Below are positions 50,348-59,692 of a stretch of 64,000 nucleotides of DNA, piece after piece. Position 1 is the first letter of the stretch, and each line of letters opens with the position of its first letter. The DNA comes from an uncultured bacterium (GTDB lineage Bacteria > Hydrothermota > Tepidihabitantia > SM23-42 > JAOAFX01), in NCBI GenBank assembly GCA_964418185.1, contig CAYQKL010000003.1, positions 173 to 64,172 of the forward strand, given 5' to 3'. Position numbers and translations under genes: made by a program. Under the pieces are notes generated by a model, which saw only the letters and a program-made list of their open reading frames with translations, made no database searches and had not been told where the DNA came from.

Positions 50348-51385
50348 TTGATTAGAATCTCTACCGTGAGAATATTTTTAATCACTTTTTTCTTATTCTG
50401 CGCAGACATCTGTGCAGATACCATAACCATAATTGCTGTGGGTGACATAATGATGGGTACGACCTATCCAGAGAATAGGCTACCACCAGATGATGGAAAG
50501 GATATTTTCCAAAATGTCTTAGAAATTCTAAAAGATGCCGATCTGACATTAGGCAATCTTGAAGGACCACTTACTGACCAGGGAGAATGCACAAAAAAGA
50601 TTGAAAAAGGTAAAACCTATGCATTCCGCACTCCACCCTATTATGCCCAGTATCTATATGGTGCAGGATTTGATTTTATGAATCTAAAGAACAACCATAT
50701 TAATGATTTTGGTCCTGAAGGACTGACCTCCACAATCAATGCCCTAAAAACATATAACATACAATATGGCACAGATGATAACTGTGGCGAATTTACCATT
50801 AAAGATAAGAGAATCTGTGTTATTTCTTTTTCTCAGGCAAACTGGGGTAATTCAATCCTTGAAATTCCCCTTGCCCAGAAGATTGTCGCCGAGAAATCTA
50901 AAATCTATGACATTATTATTGTTTCATTCCATGGCGGTGGAGAAGGTGTAAACTTTCTTCACACCAGGGACACGATGGAGTATTTTCTTGAAACACCTCG
51001 GGGAAATGTTGTAAAATTCAGCCACGCCGTGATTGATAGTGGCGCAGACCTTGTACTTGGCCATGGCCCTCATATTCCGAGAGCAATAGAACTATACCGA
51101 GACCGCTTGATTGCCTATAGTCTTGGGAATTTCTTCACTCTTGGATTTAACACCCAGGGACCCAGAGGATACGCACCTATGCTCAAAATCTTGATTGATT
51201 CTACAGGCAACTTTATAGAAGGTCAAATTTTTTCAGCAATCCAGAAACCACAGGTCGGATTGGTGATTGATTCTGTAAATAGTGCTGCACAACTTATTAA
51301 GCAACTTTCCATAGAAGATTTCCCGGAAACAGCACCATTGATCACCGAGGATGGGAAAATTGTGCTCAAGGATGTAATAAGATAA
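50348..51385 (+). CDS. capA: CapA/PgsA-family poly-gamma-glutamate synthesis protein (metallophosphatase fold)
   Basis: IAVGDIMMG, VISFHGGGEG, GHGPHIPRAIE. Signal peptide. Confidence 0.75.
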   Translation: MIRISTVRIFLITFFLFCADICADTITIIAVGDIMMGTTYPENRLPPDDGKDIFQNVLEILKDADLTLGNLEGPLTDQGECTKKIEKGKTYAFRTPPYYAQYLYGAGFDFMNLKNNHINDFGPEGLTSTINALKTYNIQYGTDDNCGEFTIKDKRICVISFSQANWGNSILEIPLAQKIVAEKSKIYDIIIVSFHGGGEGVNFLHTRDTMEYFLETPRGNVVKFSHAVIDSGADLVLGHGPHIPRAIELYRDRLIAYSLGNFFTLGFNTQGPRGYAPMLKILIDSTGNFIEGQIFSAIQKPQVGLVIDSVNSAAQLIKQLSIEDFPETAPLITEDGKIVLKDVIR

Positions 51386-51427
51386 TGCGTTCTTTTTGAC
51401 AGACTAAAAGAATTTTTTCATTCGTTT

Positions 51428-51508
51428 AACTTTTCTCTTGACAAAATCTAAATTATAGATATAATGGAAGGCGTGGCTCTATATATAGTGTTTTTCAGGG
51501 CTATAATG
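51428..51508 (+). promoter_or_regulatory. Promoter TTGACA-N16-TATAAT followed by candidate NrdR-box palindromes upstream of nrdR-nrdD
   Basis: The -35 is at 51428-33 and the -10 at 51450-55. CTCTATATATAGTG at 51467-80 closely matches the NrdR-box core cacTATATATAgtg. A second A/T palindrome lies at 51491-51506. Confidence 0.4.
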
Positions 51509-51528
51509 CCCTATAGTTTAAGGCGGCT

Positions 51529-52002
51529 ATGAAGTGTCCAAGGTGCGGTCACAGTCGTGATAAAGTGCTTGAGACAAGGGCTTCACAGGCCGGTTCAGTA
51601 ACAAGACGGCGAAGGGAGTGTCGGAAATGTCATTTTCGTTTTACAACCTATGAAACCGTAGAAAGAATGCCTCTGGTTGTGATAAAACGGGATGGCACAA
51701 GGGAACCCTATGACCGTTCAAAACTACTGGGAGGTATTGCCCTCGCCTGTAGGAAGAGACCTATCTCGGCACAGAAGATTGAATCTATTGTGAATGAAAT
51801 AGAGGATCATATATCAGATCATTATCAGATGGAGATAAAATCTTCCGAGATTGGACAGATGGTCTTAGACCGTTTATTTAAAATTGATGAGGTTAGTTAT
51901 GTCCGGTTTGCCTCAGTATATCGTAAGTTCAAAAATATTGATAATTTTGCAAAAGAGTTGCAAAAACTAAAAAAGGAGCGAAGATGGAAGAGAAAACATT
52001 AA
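51529..52002 (+). CDS. nrdR: Transcriptional repressor NrdR (Zn ribbon + ATP cone)
   Basis: MKCPRCGHSRDKVLETR...ECRKCHFRFTTYE. Confidence 0.9.
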   Translation: MKCPRCGHSRDKVLETRASQAGSVTRRRRECRKCHFRFTTYETVERMPLVVIKRDGTREPYDRSKLLGGIALACRKRPISAQKIESIVNEIEDHISDHYQMEIKSSEIGQMVLDRLFKIDEVSYVRFASVYRKFKNIDNFAKELQKLKKERRWKRKH

Positions 52003-54407
52003 GGCTCGGTCTTGGGGAGGAAATTCCCAGAGAAAAAATTTTTCAATTTGTTATAAAAAGAGATGGCAAGACTGCCGCTTTTGACAAATCAAAGATTGCC
52101 AATGCAATATTCAAGGCGGCACGAGCCGTAGGCGGAGAAAACAAAAGGATTGCTGATGCTCTGGCTGATGAAGTAGTTCTCTTTCTCTATACTCTCAAAG
52201 GTGATAAACCCCCAACCGTAGAAGAGATTCAGGATGCCGTGGAAAAGGTGCTTATTGAAAACGGCAATGCGCGTACTGCCAAGGCATTTATTCTCTATAG
52301 AAAACAAAGGGAGATATTGAGAAAGAAAAAATTGTTTCAAAAAAAACCCGAGGAAAGGGAGACGACTGATTATGCCCTTTTTGTAAGAACCTCAGATGAT
52401 GATTTTATCTCCTGGGATCGCTCAAAGATTGTTGATGCACTCATAAACGAAACAAATATTGATAAAGGGACAGCAGAAAAAATTGCCCGGGAAACCGAAG
52501 AAACCATACTGAATTCAAGTGTTGAATTACTCTCTTCTGCCCTGATCCGGGAAATCGTAAATATGAAACTTATTGAACATGGACTTGAGCATGCACGTCT
52601 GCGCCATATGCGCCTGGGCGTTCCTCTTTATGATGCAGAAAAAATCATTCTCTATGCAAACCGGGAAAATGCCAATATCCCACATAATCCTGAAGCAACA
52701 AATATGACCCTTGCCGAAACCATAAAAAAGCAATATATGCTTTCCGAAATATTCAGCCGGGATGTTTCTGATGCCCATATCCGTGGGGATATCCATCTTC
52801 ATGATCTGGGTTTTGGTGACCGGCCGTATTGTTCGGGGCAATCACTTGAATATGTCAAAAAGTTTGGTTTGAATCTACCAAATGCATTGTCTATTGCCCG
52901 ACCAGCAAAACATCCTGATACTTTACTTGCTCATATGGTAAAATTTTCTGCGGCACTTCAGGGACATTTTGCCGGTGCCATTGGCTGGGATGCTGTGAAT
53001 ATCTTCTTCGCTCCCTTTATCGCTGGTATGTCTGATAAGGAAATTCATCAGATAGCCCAGATGATGGTCTTTGAATACTCCCAGCAATCAGTTGCCCGGG
53101 GTGGTCAGGCAATCTTTTCCGACCTGAATATCTACTGGGAAATTCCCAAACATTTTAAAGATGTTGAAGCAATTGGGCCCGGGGGTAAATATACCGGGAA
53201 GAAATATAGCGACTATCTTGCTGAAGCACAAAAGTTTGCCTGGGCTTTATTTGATATCTATCTGGATGGTGATGGAACTGGCAGACCTTTCTTTTTCCCG
53301 AAACCACTTGTGCACATTACTGAAGAATTTTATCGGACACCAGGCTGGCAGGATTTCTTAAATCATATTAGCGATGTTTCTTCAAAAAGGGGTAATACCT
53401 ACTATGTCTTTGACCGTGGAGAAACCGCAAAAATATCTGAATGCTGCCGATTATCATTCAAGCTTGAACAAAGTGATATTGATGATGCGCACACGCCGTG
53501 GAAAATGCGGTACACTGCCTTACAGAATGTTACGCTTAATCTACCCCGTGCTACCTATTTTGCAAAGGGGAATGATGAACTTGTATTTAAGAAAATTGAC
53601 GAATTATTAGACTATGCAGTTAAGGCACATATTCAGAAAAAAGTGTTTATTGAGAAATTGATAAATCTAAAAGACGAAGGTCCCCTTGCCCTGCTGACAA
53701 TGGAACAGGATGGAGAACCATATCTTCGGCTATACCGGGCAACCTACCTTATCGGATTATTAGGATTAAATGAACTCGTCCAGTTCCATACAGGTAAACA
53801 GATGCATGAGGATGAGATGAGTCTGAAGTTTGGACTGAAGATTTTATCATATATGTATTTAAAAGTCAAGGAGTTATCAAAGAAATACAATATGCGTTTT
53901 GTAATGGAGCAGACACCAGCAGAATCTGCTGCCCATCGTATGGCAAGACTTGACCTTGAACATTTCCCCAATGAGGCACTTTCCGTAGTAAAAGGTGATG
54001 TAAAGACCAATTCGGTTTATTACACGAATTCAACTTATTTGAATGTTGGCGTTCCGATAGATCCAGTTGAACGCGTAAGAATTGAAGGGAAATTCCACGA
54101 TCTAATTGAAGCCGGTGCCTTAACCCATGTCTGGCTCGGTGAATCACAACCACCAAAAGAATCCATTGCCAATTTTGTGGTCAAGACATTCAACTACTCC
54201 CGGAATGCCCAGGTCGCCTTTTCGCCGGAATTCACAACTTGCAATGTCTGTTTTCGTACTTCACGCGGGCTAGCTGATACCTGCCCAATGTGTGGAAGTA
54301 AAAAAGTTGACCATATAACAAGGGTAACTGGCTATTTTAGTAAAGTTTCTGGCTGGAATAAAGGCAAGAAGGCTGAACTAAAGGATCGTTATCGGTCTAA
54401 ATTCTGA
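51984..54407 (+). CDS. nrdD: Anaerobic ribonucleoside-triphosphate reductase (class III, with N-terminal ATP cone)
   Basis: ATP cone, C-terminal Zn ribbon CNVCFRTSRGLADTCPMCGS, and the glycyl-radical motif RVTGYFS. Confidence 0.85.
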   Translation: MEEKTLRLGLGEEIPREKIFQFVIKRDGKTAAFDKSKIANAIFKAARAVGGENKRIADALADEVVLFLYTLKGDKPPTVEEIQDAVEKVLIENGNARTAKAFILYRKQREILRKKKLFQKKPEERETTDYALFVRTSDDDFISWDRSKIVDALINETNIDKGTAEKIARETEETILNSSVELLSSALIREIVNMKLIEHGLEHARLRHMRLGVPLYDAEKIILYANRENANIPHNPEATNMTLAETIKKQYMLSEIFSRDVSDAHIRGDIHLHDLGFGDRPYCSGQSLEYVKKFGLNLPNALSIARPAKHPDTLLAHMVKFSAALQGHFAGAIGWDAVNIFFAPFIAGMSDKEIHQIAQMMVFEYSQQSVARGGQAIFSDLNIYWEIPKHFKDVEAIGPGGKYTGKKYSDYLAEAQKFAWALFDIYLDGDGTGRPFFFPKPLVHITEEFYRTPGWQDFLNHISDVSSKRGNTYYVFDRGETAKISECCRLSFKLEQSDIDDAHTPWKMRYTALQNVTLNLPRATYFAKGNDELVFKKIDELLDYAVKAHIQKKVFIEKLINLKDEGPLALLTMEQDGEPYLRLYRATYLIGLLGLNELVQFHTGKQMHEDEMSLKFGLKILSYMYLKVKELSKKYNMRFVMEQTPAESAAHRMARLDLEHFPNEALSVVKGDVKTNSVYYTNSTYLNVGVPIDPVERVRIEGKFHDLIEAGALTHVWLGESQPPKESIANFVVKTFNYSRNAQVAFSPEFTTCNVCFRTSRGLADTCPMCGSKKVDHITRVTGYFSKVSGWNKGKKAELKDRYRSKF

Positions 54408-54904
54408 ACTTTATTATTATCTGGTTTTCTAAATAATTCACTTGCAACCAACAAGACGGCGCTGACTGTGACAAATGCATCAGCAAGATTGTAGGTGAAC
54501 CATCTTAAATTGCCAACCCCCATATCAATGAAATCAATCACATATTTCAATCTGATCCGATCGAGGACATTTCCAATTGCTCCGCCCACAATCAAACCAA
54601 AGAGAATGATCCTGTATTTTGATATCTGCGTCAGACCAATATATGTAAATAATAATATTCCAATAATATGAAAAATATAATATAGATAACTGGGACCAAA
54701 AGAGATGCTAAAGACACCATAGGGGTTATAGGCTACCCTGAACCTCAAAATTGACCCAACAACTTCATAGGGTGGGTCAAAAGGAGTAAAATTATTGACA
54801 ACCAAAATCTTTGTTATCTGATCCAGAAAAAGGGCAATAAAAACCGGTATCGAAAATAACTTGATATTTTTACTTTTCGGTGCACTTGATGCAGAATCTT
54901 GCAT
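54389..54904 (-). CDS. lspA: Lipoprotein signal peptidase II
   Basis: GGAIGNVLDRI and FNLADAFVTV match A8 peptidase motifs. Four TM segments. Confidence 0.8.
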   Translation of the reverse strand: MQDSASSAPKSKNIKLFSIPVFIALFLDQITKILVVNNFTPFDPPYEVVGSILRFRVAYNPYGVFSISFGPSYLYYIFHIIGILLFTYIGLTQISKYRIILFGLIVGGAIGNVLDRIRLKYVIDFIDMGVGNLRWFTYNLADAFVTVSAVLLVASELFRKPDNNKVQNLDR

Positions 54905-55238
54905 AAGGGATAAATTTCAAACGTCTCTTTTCAATTATTTTCCCGCACTTTTCACAGATTCCATAGTGGCCCTGATGTATCTTTCTTAATGCATGGTCAA
55001 TGCTAAAGAGAATCTCTTTTTGTCGGGATAGATTCACTGAAGAGAGTTCTCTTTTCTCAGTCTCTGTTCCCTGGTCAGCCATATGATTGGCATAAGCAGA
55101 AAGATCTCCAGAAGCCTCGGTCTGGGTTGTAGCAATCTGACCACTATCATAACTAATGCCTTTGACGATCTTTTCCCGTTCCTGTATTAATCTCTTTTCA
55201 AATTCTTTTAATTCTGATTTTTTTAATTTCTTAATCAT
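54870..55238 (-). CDS. DksA/TraR-family C4 zinc-finger protein
   Basis: C-terminal CEKCGKIIEKRRLKFIPYARFCIKC. Start chosen at MIKKLKK, which has an AAAGGAG RBS. The ORF-track start at 55316 would overlap the upstream TPR gene by 82 nt. Confidence 0.7.
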   Translation of the reverse strand: MIKKLKKSELKEFEKRLIQEREKIVKGISYDSGQIATTQTEASGDLSAYANHMADQGTETEKRELSSVNLSRQKEILFSIDHALRKIHQGHYGICEKCGKIIEKRRLKFIPYARFCIKCTEK

Positions 55239-55939
55239 CCTTTTTTCTCCTTTAGCATGTTCAGATATGCCTTTGCCTTTATGTTGGTAGGATCGACCCT
55301 CAAGACTTCTTCCCATTCCTTTCTTGCATTCTCGTATTTATGTTCCTGATAATAACATAAGCCAAGCAAAACCCTTGCCTCAAGATATTTCTTATTGCGT
55401 GCCAATATATCATTAAGAAGTTTCTGTGCAGATTTGAAATCGCCCAGCTGGGTATGGGTCTTTGCCAATTTGAGTTTGATATCAAGAAAGGACGGGCTTA
55501 CTTCAATTGCCCGTTGATATTCATCTCGCGCCTTCTTGTATTCCTGCAACTCATAATAGGTATCCCCTAACTGCATATAGGTGTTGGCGAGTTTTGTCTT
55601 CAATTGGGGAGAAAACCCCTTTTCTTTGGTCTCAAGCGCTGCAGCCTTTTCAAAAGACTTTATTGCCTCATCAAACTGACACTGTTCATTGTAAATAATC
55701 GCCATATTTACATAGGCTTCAATGTATTCGGGGTTCAATTCTATTGCCTTTTTAAAACTCTCAACTGCCAGTTTGAAATTGCCCGCCAGGGAATAGGCAA
55801 GGCCCAGGGCATTATGGACATCAGGATAGTTCGGATAGGCAGAAATCACCTTTCTGAGTCCGTCAATTGCCTCTCTAACCATCCCCTTTTCATAGGCTTG
55901 AAGGGCATCACTATAGATCTTTGCAGTATCCTGGTCCAT
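55235..55939 (-). CDS. TPR-repeat protein
   Basis: Six tandem 34-aa TPR units (A..Y..AL..NP.Y.EA...). Confidence 0.6.
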   Translation of the reverse strand: MDQDTAKIYSDALQAYEKGMVREAIDGLRKVISAYPNYPDVHNALGLAYSLAGNFKLAVESFKKAIELNPEYIEAYVNMAIIYNEQCQFDEAIKSFEKAAALETKEKGFSPQLKTKLANTYMQLGDTYYELQEYKKARDEYQRAIEVSPSFLDIKLKLAKTHTQLGDFKSAQKLLNDILARNKKYLEARVLLGLCYYQEHKYENARKEWEEVLRVDPTNIKAKAYLNMLKEKKG

Positions 55940-56001
55940 GCTGAATTATATTTATAATCTCTGATTTGTCAATACATATAAGGTTTGTTTCTTTCTCCTT
56001 T

Positions 56002-57036
56002 TTACATATAGTTTTCAAGCAGTTTTTCCTTACAATGGATTGAATAATAATTCGGTGGAATCTCCAACATTGTGAACGCACCATATCTCTTTTCCTTATT
56101 CATTCTATAACAAGCCCTTGCACAGGCAATAAGGATACTCGCTGTTGCCCCAGGATTACTATCCCAGATACATCGATATTCGATTATTGCTTTACTATCC
56201 TTACCTGTCTTACCCGAAAGGATTACCGAGCCACAATGGGGAAACTCTTTGTGCCTTTTATTCAATACCCTTTCTGAAATAAATATCACCTTTGTATCAT
56301 AATCGGCAAAATAATTTGGCATCTCTTTTATCTCTTTCTCTATACTTTTTTTGTCCGCATCCTTATGGACAACAACATAAACGACCCTTTTATGCATCAT
56401 CCCTGGTTTCAAATCAGGATTTTCACCTTTTCTTACCCTTTCTACTGATTTTTTAATCGGTATCGTGTAAGAACGGGCATCAAGCACACCAGGTATCTGA
56501 CGGACTGCATCAGAATGTCCCTGGCTCACACCCGGTCCCCAGAATGTATAAATCCTCGCTTCAGGCACAAAGGAATCTGTTAGAACCCTTTCCAGTGAGA
56601 AGGTTCCTGGGTCCCAGCCTGCTGATATGATTGCAGTATGACGGTTTAGTTGTGCAACCTTTGCAATCTGATGATAGTAATCAAAGATACGTCTGTGTGT
56701 ATCAAAACTATCAACTGTGTTGAAAAATTGGGCAAAATATAGACCCTGGCCATGTGCATAAGGATCCGTAATGCGGACCCTGTCCAACTCTTTATTATTA
56801 GAAGTACCGAATATATCTTCCTTTGAACCCCCGCACAGAATTGCCACATCTGCAATGACTTCAAATTTTTCAAAAGAGAATACCGGAACATCATCTACAA
56901 TCTTCTTTACCGCCTCCGGTCTTCTGGTAATGATTTCTGCCAGTTCCATATCCGGATTTTTCTTAAGCGCAAGTTTTACACCTTTACCAAGATTTCCATA
57001 ACCTATAATTGCAATTCTTATTTTATTATTATTCAT
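56002..57036 (-). CDS. ddh: meso-Diaminopimelate D-dehydrogenase
   Basis: IAIIGYGNLGKGV, ISAGWDPGTFSLERV, TFWGPGVSQGHSDAVRQIPGV and GAFTMLEIPP align along the whole length of Corynebacterium Ddh. Confidence 0.8.
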   Translation of the reverse strand: MNNNKIRIAIIGYGNLGKGVKLALKKNPDMELAEIITRRPEAVKKIVDDVPVFSFEKFEVIADVAILCGGSKEDIFGTSNNKELDRVRITDPYAHGQGLYFAQFFNTVDSFDTHRRIFDYYHQIAKVAQLNRHTAIISAGWDPGTFSLERVLTDSFVPEARIYTFWGPGVSQGHSDAVRQIPGVLDARSYTIPIKKSVERVRKGENPDLKPGMMHKRVVYVVVHKDADKKSIEKEIKEMPNYFADYDTKVIFISERVLNKRHKEFPHCGSVILSGKTGKDSKAIIEYRCIWDSNPGATASILIACARACYRMNKEKRYGAFTMLEIPPNYYSIHCKEKLLENYM

Positions 57037-57037
57037 T

Positions 57038-58282
57038 CTACTCCTTTCTGAATAAATTTTTTATAAATTTATATGCCTTGAACTTATCCTGGGATTCAAC
57101 AAATACCATAATGTCAGTATGGACGGTCAAGATTTCCCAGATATTTATCTTTTCCTTTGCTATCGGCGTTACTATCTTCTTTATTGCACCTGGTTCATTG
57201 ATGAATTTTAAACTCCTAACCACAATTTTTGCAATCCCCTTTTTTAGATTTAATGCCTTAAGATTTTTAATTCTTGAAATCAGACTGGAAAGTAATTCGT
57301 AAGCTTTCTCTGACTTCTCTTCTTCCACATATATTGCAAGAAGATTATCTGAAATTGTGATTGAATGAATCGCAATCTTTTTTTCCGTAAGGACATTTGA
57401 TACATTGCTCAAAATGCCCGGTGTCTCTGGAATCTTTTCACCAATAAAAGTCAAAACCCCATAGGTCTTTTCGGAAAGATTGATAGAGATTTCTTTATCA
57501 AATATAATCTCGGTTCCACCATTCTCTATATTGGCACCATCATTTGCAATGACCCTTAATTTAGGGAGATTTCTTCTGTGTTTTAAAGATATTGGATTTA
57601 ATACCTGGGCACCGGATGCCGCAAGTGCACCAAGTTCTGACCAGGAGAGTTTCTTTATCAGCTTTGTATTCGATACAAACCTGGGATCTACGCTCAATAT
57701 ACCTCCTACATCTTTTACTAAAATCAATTCCTTTGCCCCTAATAACTCAGCGATGAGCAGTGCAGAAATATCACTTCCACCCCTACCCAGTGTTACGGTC
57801 CTGTTTCTTTCATCCTGGGCAATGAATCCAGGGATTATCAATACTGTATTTTTATTTAGCAGGGGGGTCAAATATCTGTGGACGATCTTTTTTCCTTTGG
57901 GCAGGAGGGTGAATTCCCTTTTCTCATTTATTTTTTGCGGACTGAGTTGTGCCTTTGATTTCAATCTTATATGTAATGGCCATTCAGGCACAGTAGGTAT
58001 TATCGCCTTTGCCTCAGCACCAAGGTATTTGAAAACCGATTCAAATATAATTGCTGACTGGATCTCACCCATTCCTACGAATTTTTCAAAAGAGTAGAAA
58101 TCGGGCTCAGGAATTGCTTTTGTAAAAAGATTTATTAATTCATCGGTCCTGCCTTTTATTGCCGAGGTGACGAGACAAACCCTTGTATCCTTGAATTTTA
58201 AAATCAACCGGGCAATTTTCAAAAAATCTTCTGCCTCAGAAAGGACCGAGCCTCCAACTTTAAATACCTTGATATTATTCAT
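57038..58282 (-). CDS. lysC: Aspartate kinase (amino-acid kinase domain + ACT domains)
   Basis: KVFKVGGSVL..., LGRGGSDISALLIAELLGA..., DVGGILSVDPR, and C-terminal ACT repeats. Sits between lysA and ddh. Confidence 0.75.
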   Translation of the reverse strand: MNNIKVFKVGGSVLSEAEDFLKIARLILKFKDTRVCLVTSAIKGRTDELINLFTKAIPEPDFYSFEKFVGMGEIQSAIIFESVFKYLGAEAKAIIPTVPEWPLHIRLKSKAQLSPQKINEKREFTLLPKGKKIVHRYLTPLLNKNTVLIIPGFIAQDERNRTVTLGRGGSDISALLIAELLGAKELILVKDVGGILSVDPRFVSNTKLIKKLSWSELGALAASGAQVLNPISLKHRRNLPKLRVIANDGANIENGGTEIIFDKEISINLSEKTYGVLTFIGEKIPETPGILSNVSNVLTEKKIAIHSITISDNLLAIYVEEEKSEKAYELLSSLISRIKNLKALNLKKGIAKIVVRSLKFINEPGAIKKIVTPIAKEKINIWEILTVHTDIMVFVESQDKFKAYKFIKNLFRKE

Positions 58283-59486
58283 CCTCTATCAACCTCCTTA
58301 ATGGTTGTTTTTTTCTAATCAAGCTCAATCTGCTGTCAATAAGATATTCTGCACAGAGAGGTCTGCCATTATAGGTTGAAGCCATTGTCCTTGTATAAGC
58401 ACCAGAATTGTGTATCAGAAGATAATCACCAATATCCAGTTCAGGAAGGTTGAACACGCCAAACTCATCGGCATTCTCGCACAATGGACCAGTGACCCTT
58501 ACCTTGAATCTCCTTCCATCTCTTTCAAATAAAGGTTCAATATGATGATAAGCATCATACAACGCAGGCCTTGGATTCTCAGTCATACCCGCATCAATCA
58601 TATAAATGGGCAGGTGATTCCTCTGTTTCCTGTCGATTATCCTTGTCAATATATACCCGGCATTTGCTACAAAAAACCTTCCTGGTTCAAGCAATATTTC
58701 TACATTGTATTTATCCTTCAATTTTTTATAACAATCAATTATGGGTCTGAAATTAAGTGGCTTTTCTATCGGTTCATAAGGAATACCAAATCCACCACCT
58801 AAATTTACTGTAGAAATGCCGAATCCATTTTTTCGGAAGAATTGAATCGCCTCAATGACCTTCTCGCTTGCATTAATAAATGGTTTTGGCGAGAGAATCT
58901 GTGAGCCAATATGGCAATGTATTCCAACCAATTCAGCATATCTGAATCTTTTTATGATTCTAATGACATCAGGAAGTTCCTGCATTCTTATTCCGAACTT
59001 ACTTACCTCTGAACCAGTGGAGAGATGGGGATGGGTCTTTGGAAATATACCTGGATTTATACGGGCGAAAGATTTTATTCTTTTACGCATTTTCTTTGCC
59101 ATTTGTTCAAGCAGAATCGCCTGATTTATACTCTCAAAATTGAAATACAAAACGCCCATTTTCAGGGCATAGCACACTTCATCATCCTTTCTCGCAACAT
59201 TGTTATAGAGTATCTCAGATCCATTCAAGCCTGCCTTGAGGCAGACAAATATCTCCCCCGGCGAAACAACCTCAGCACCAATGCCCTGCTTTTTTATCAA
59301 CTTCAAGATTGTCAGATTAGTATTCGCCTTGACCGCAAAGAAAAGTCGGGCAATACCATAAAAATTTTTCTTTAAAATTTCAATATTCTCTGATAATCCT
59401 GCCTTTTCATAGATATAGCAGGGAGTTTCAATTTCGTTACCTGAGCGGAGATAATCTCTTAATATCGCCAACCATTTCTGCCCCAT
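58275..59486 (-). CDS. lysA: Diaminopimelate decarboxylase
   Basis: PLP-site FFAVKANTN, GGGFGIPY, EPGRFFVANAG. The start is set at the ATG at 59486, which is preceded by AAGGAGG. The ORF-track TTG at 59504 lies inside the RBS. Confidence 0.85.
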   Translation of the reverse strand: MGQKWLAILRDYLRSGNEIETPCYIYEKAGLSENIEILKKNFYGIARLFFAVKANTNLTILKLIKKQGIGAEVVSPGEIFVCLKAGLNGSEILYNNVARKDDEVCYALKMGVLYFNFESINQAILLEQMAKKMRKRIKSFARINPGIFPKTHPHLSTGSEVSKFGIRMQELPDVIRIIKRFRYAELVGIHCHIGSQILSPKPFINASEKVIEAIQFFRKNGFGISTVNLGGGFGIPYEPIEKPLNFRPIIDCYKKLKDKYNVEILLEPGRFFVANAGYILTRIIDRKQRNHLPIYMIDAGMTENPRPALYDAYHHIEPLFERDGRRFKVRVTGPLCENADEFGVFNLPELDIGDYLLIHNSGAYTRTMASTYNGRPLCAEYLIDSRLSLIRKKQPLRRLIEDE

Positions 59487-59508
59487 TAAACCTCCTTTAT
59501 TCAACCAA

Positions 59509-59621
59509 TAAAAAAGCCCACCTTCTGGTGGGCTTTTCGTCTATTAAATGACTATTCATAGGAACGAAAAGCCCATTCCCCTTATATGCTTCTTCATCCA
59601 GTATCTCTTAAAAAGTTTCAT
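59509..59621 (-). promoter_or_regulatory. lysA leader: a 21-codon leader ORF plus terminator/antiterminator alternative structures (attenuator-like)
   Basis: Terminator AAGCCCACC-agaa-GGTGGGCTT followed by UUUU, 25 nt before the lysA RBS. An upstream segment AATGGGCTTTTCG (complement at 59565-59576) can pair with the 5' arm of the terminator. The leader ORF MKLFKRYWMKKHIRGMGFSFL (59621-59556) overlaps that segment. Confidence 0.4.
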
Positions 59622-59692
59622 AGACTTGAGTATATCCAAAAAAAGAAAAGTGTCAAGAGTTGACATAAAGGGAATTTTAAATAAACTTTGTC

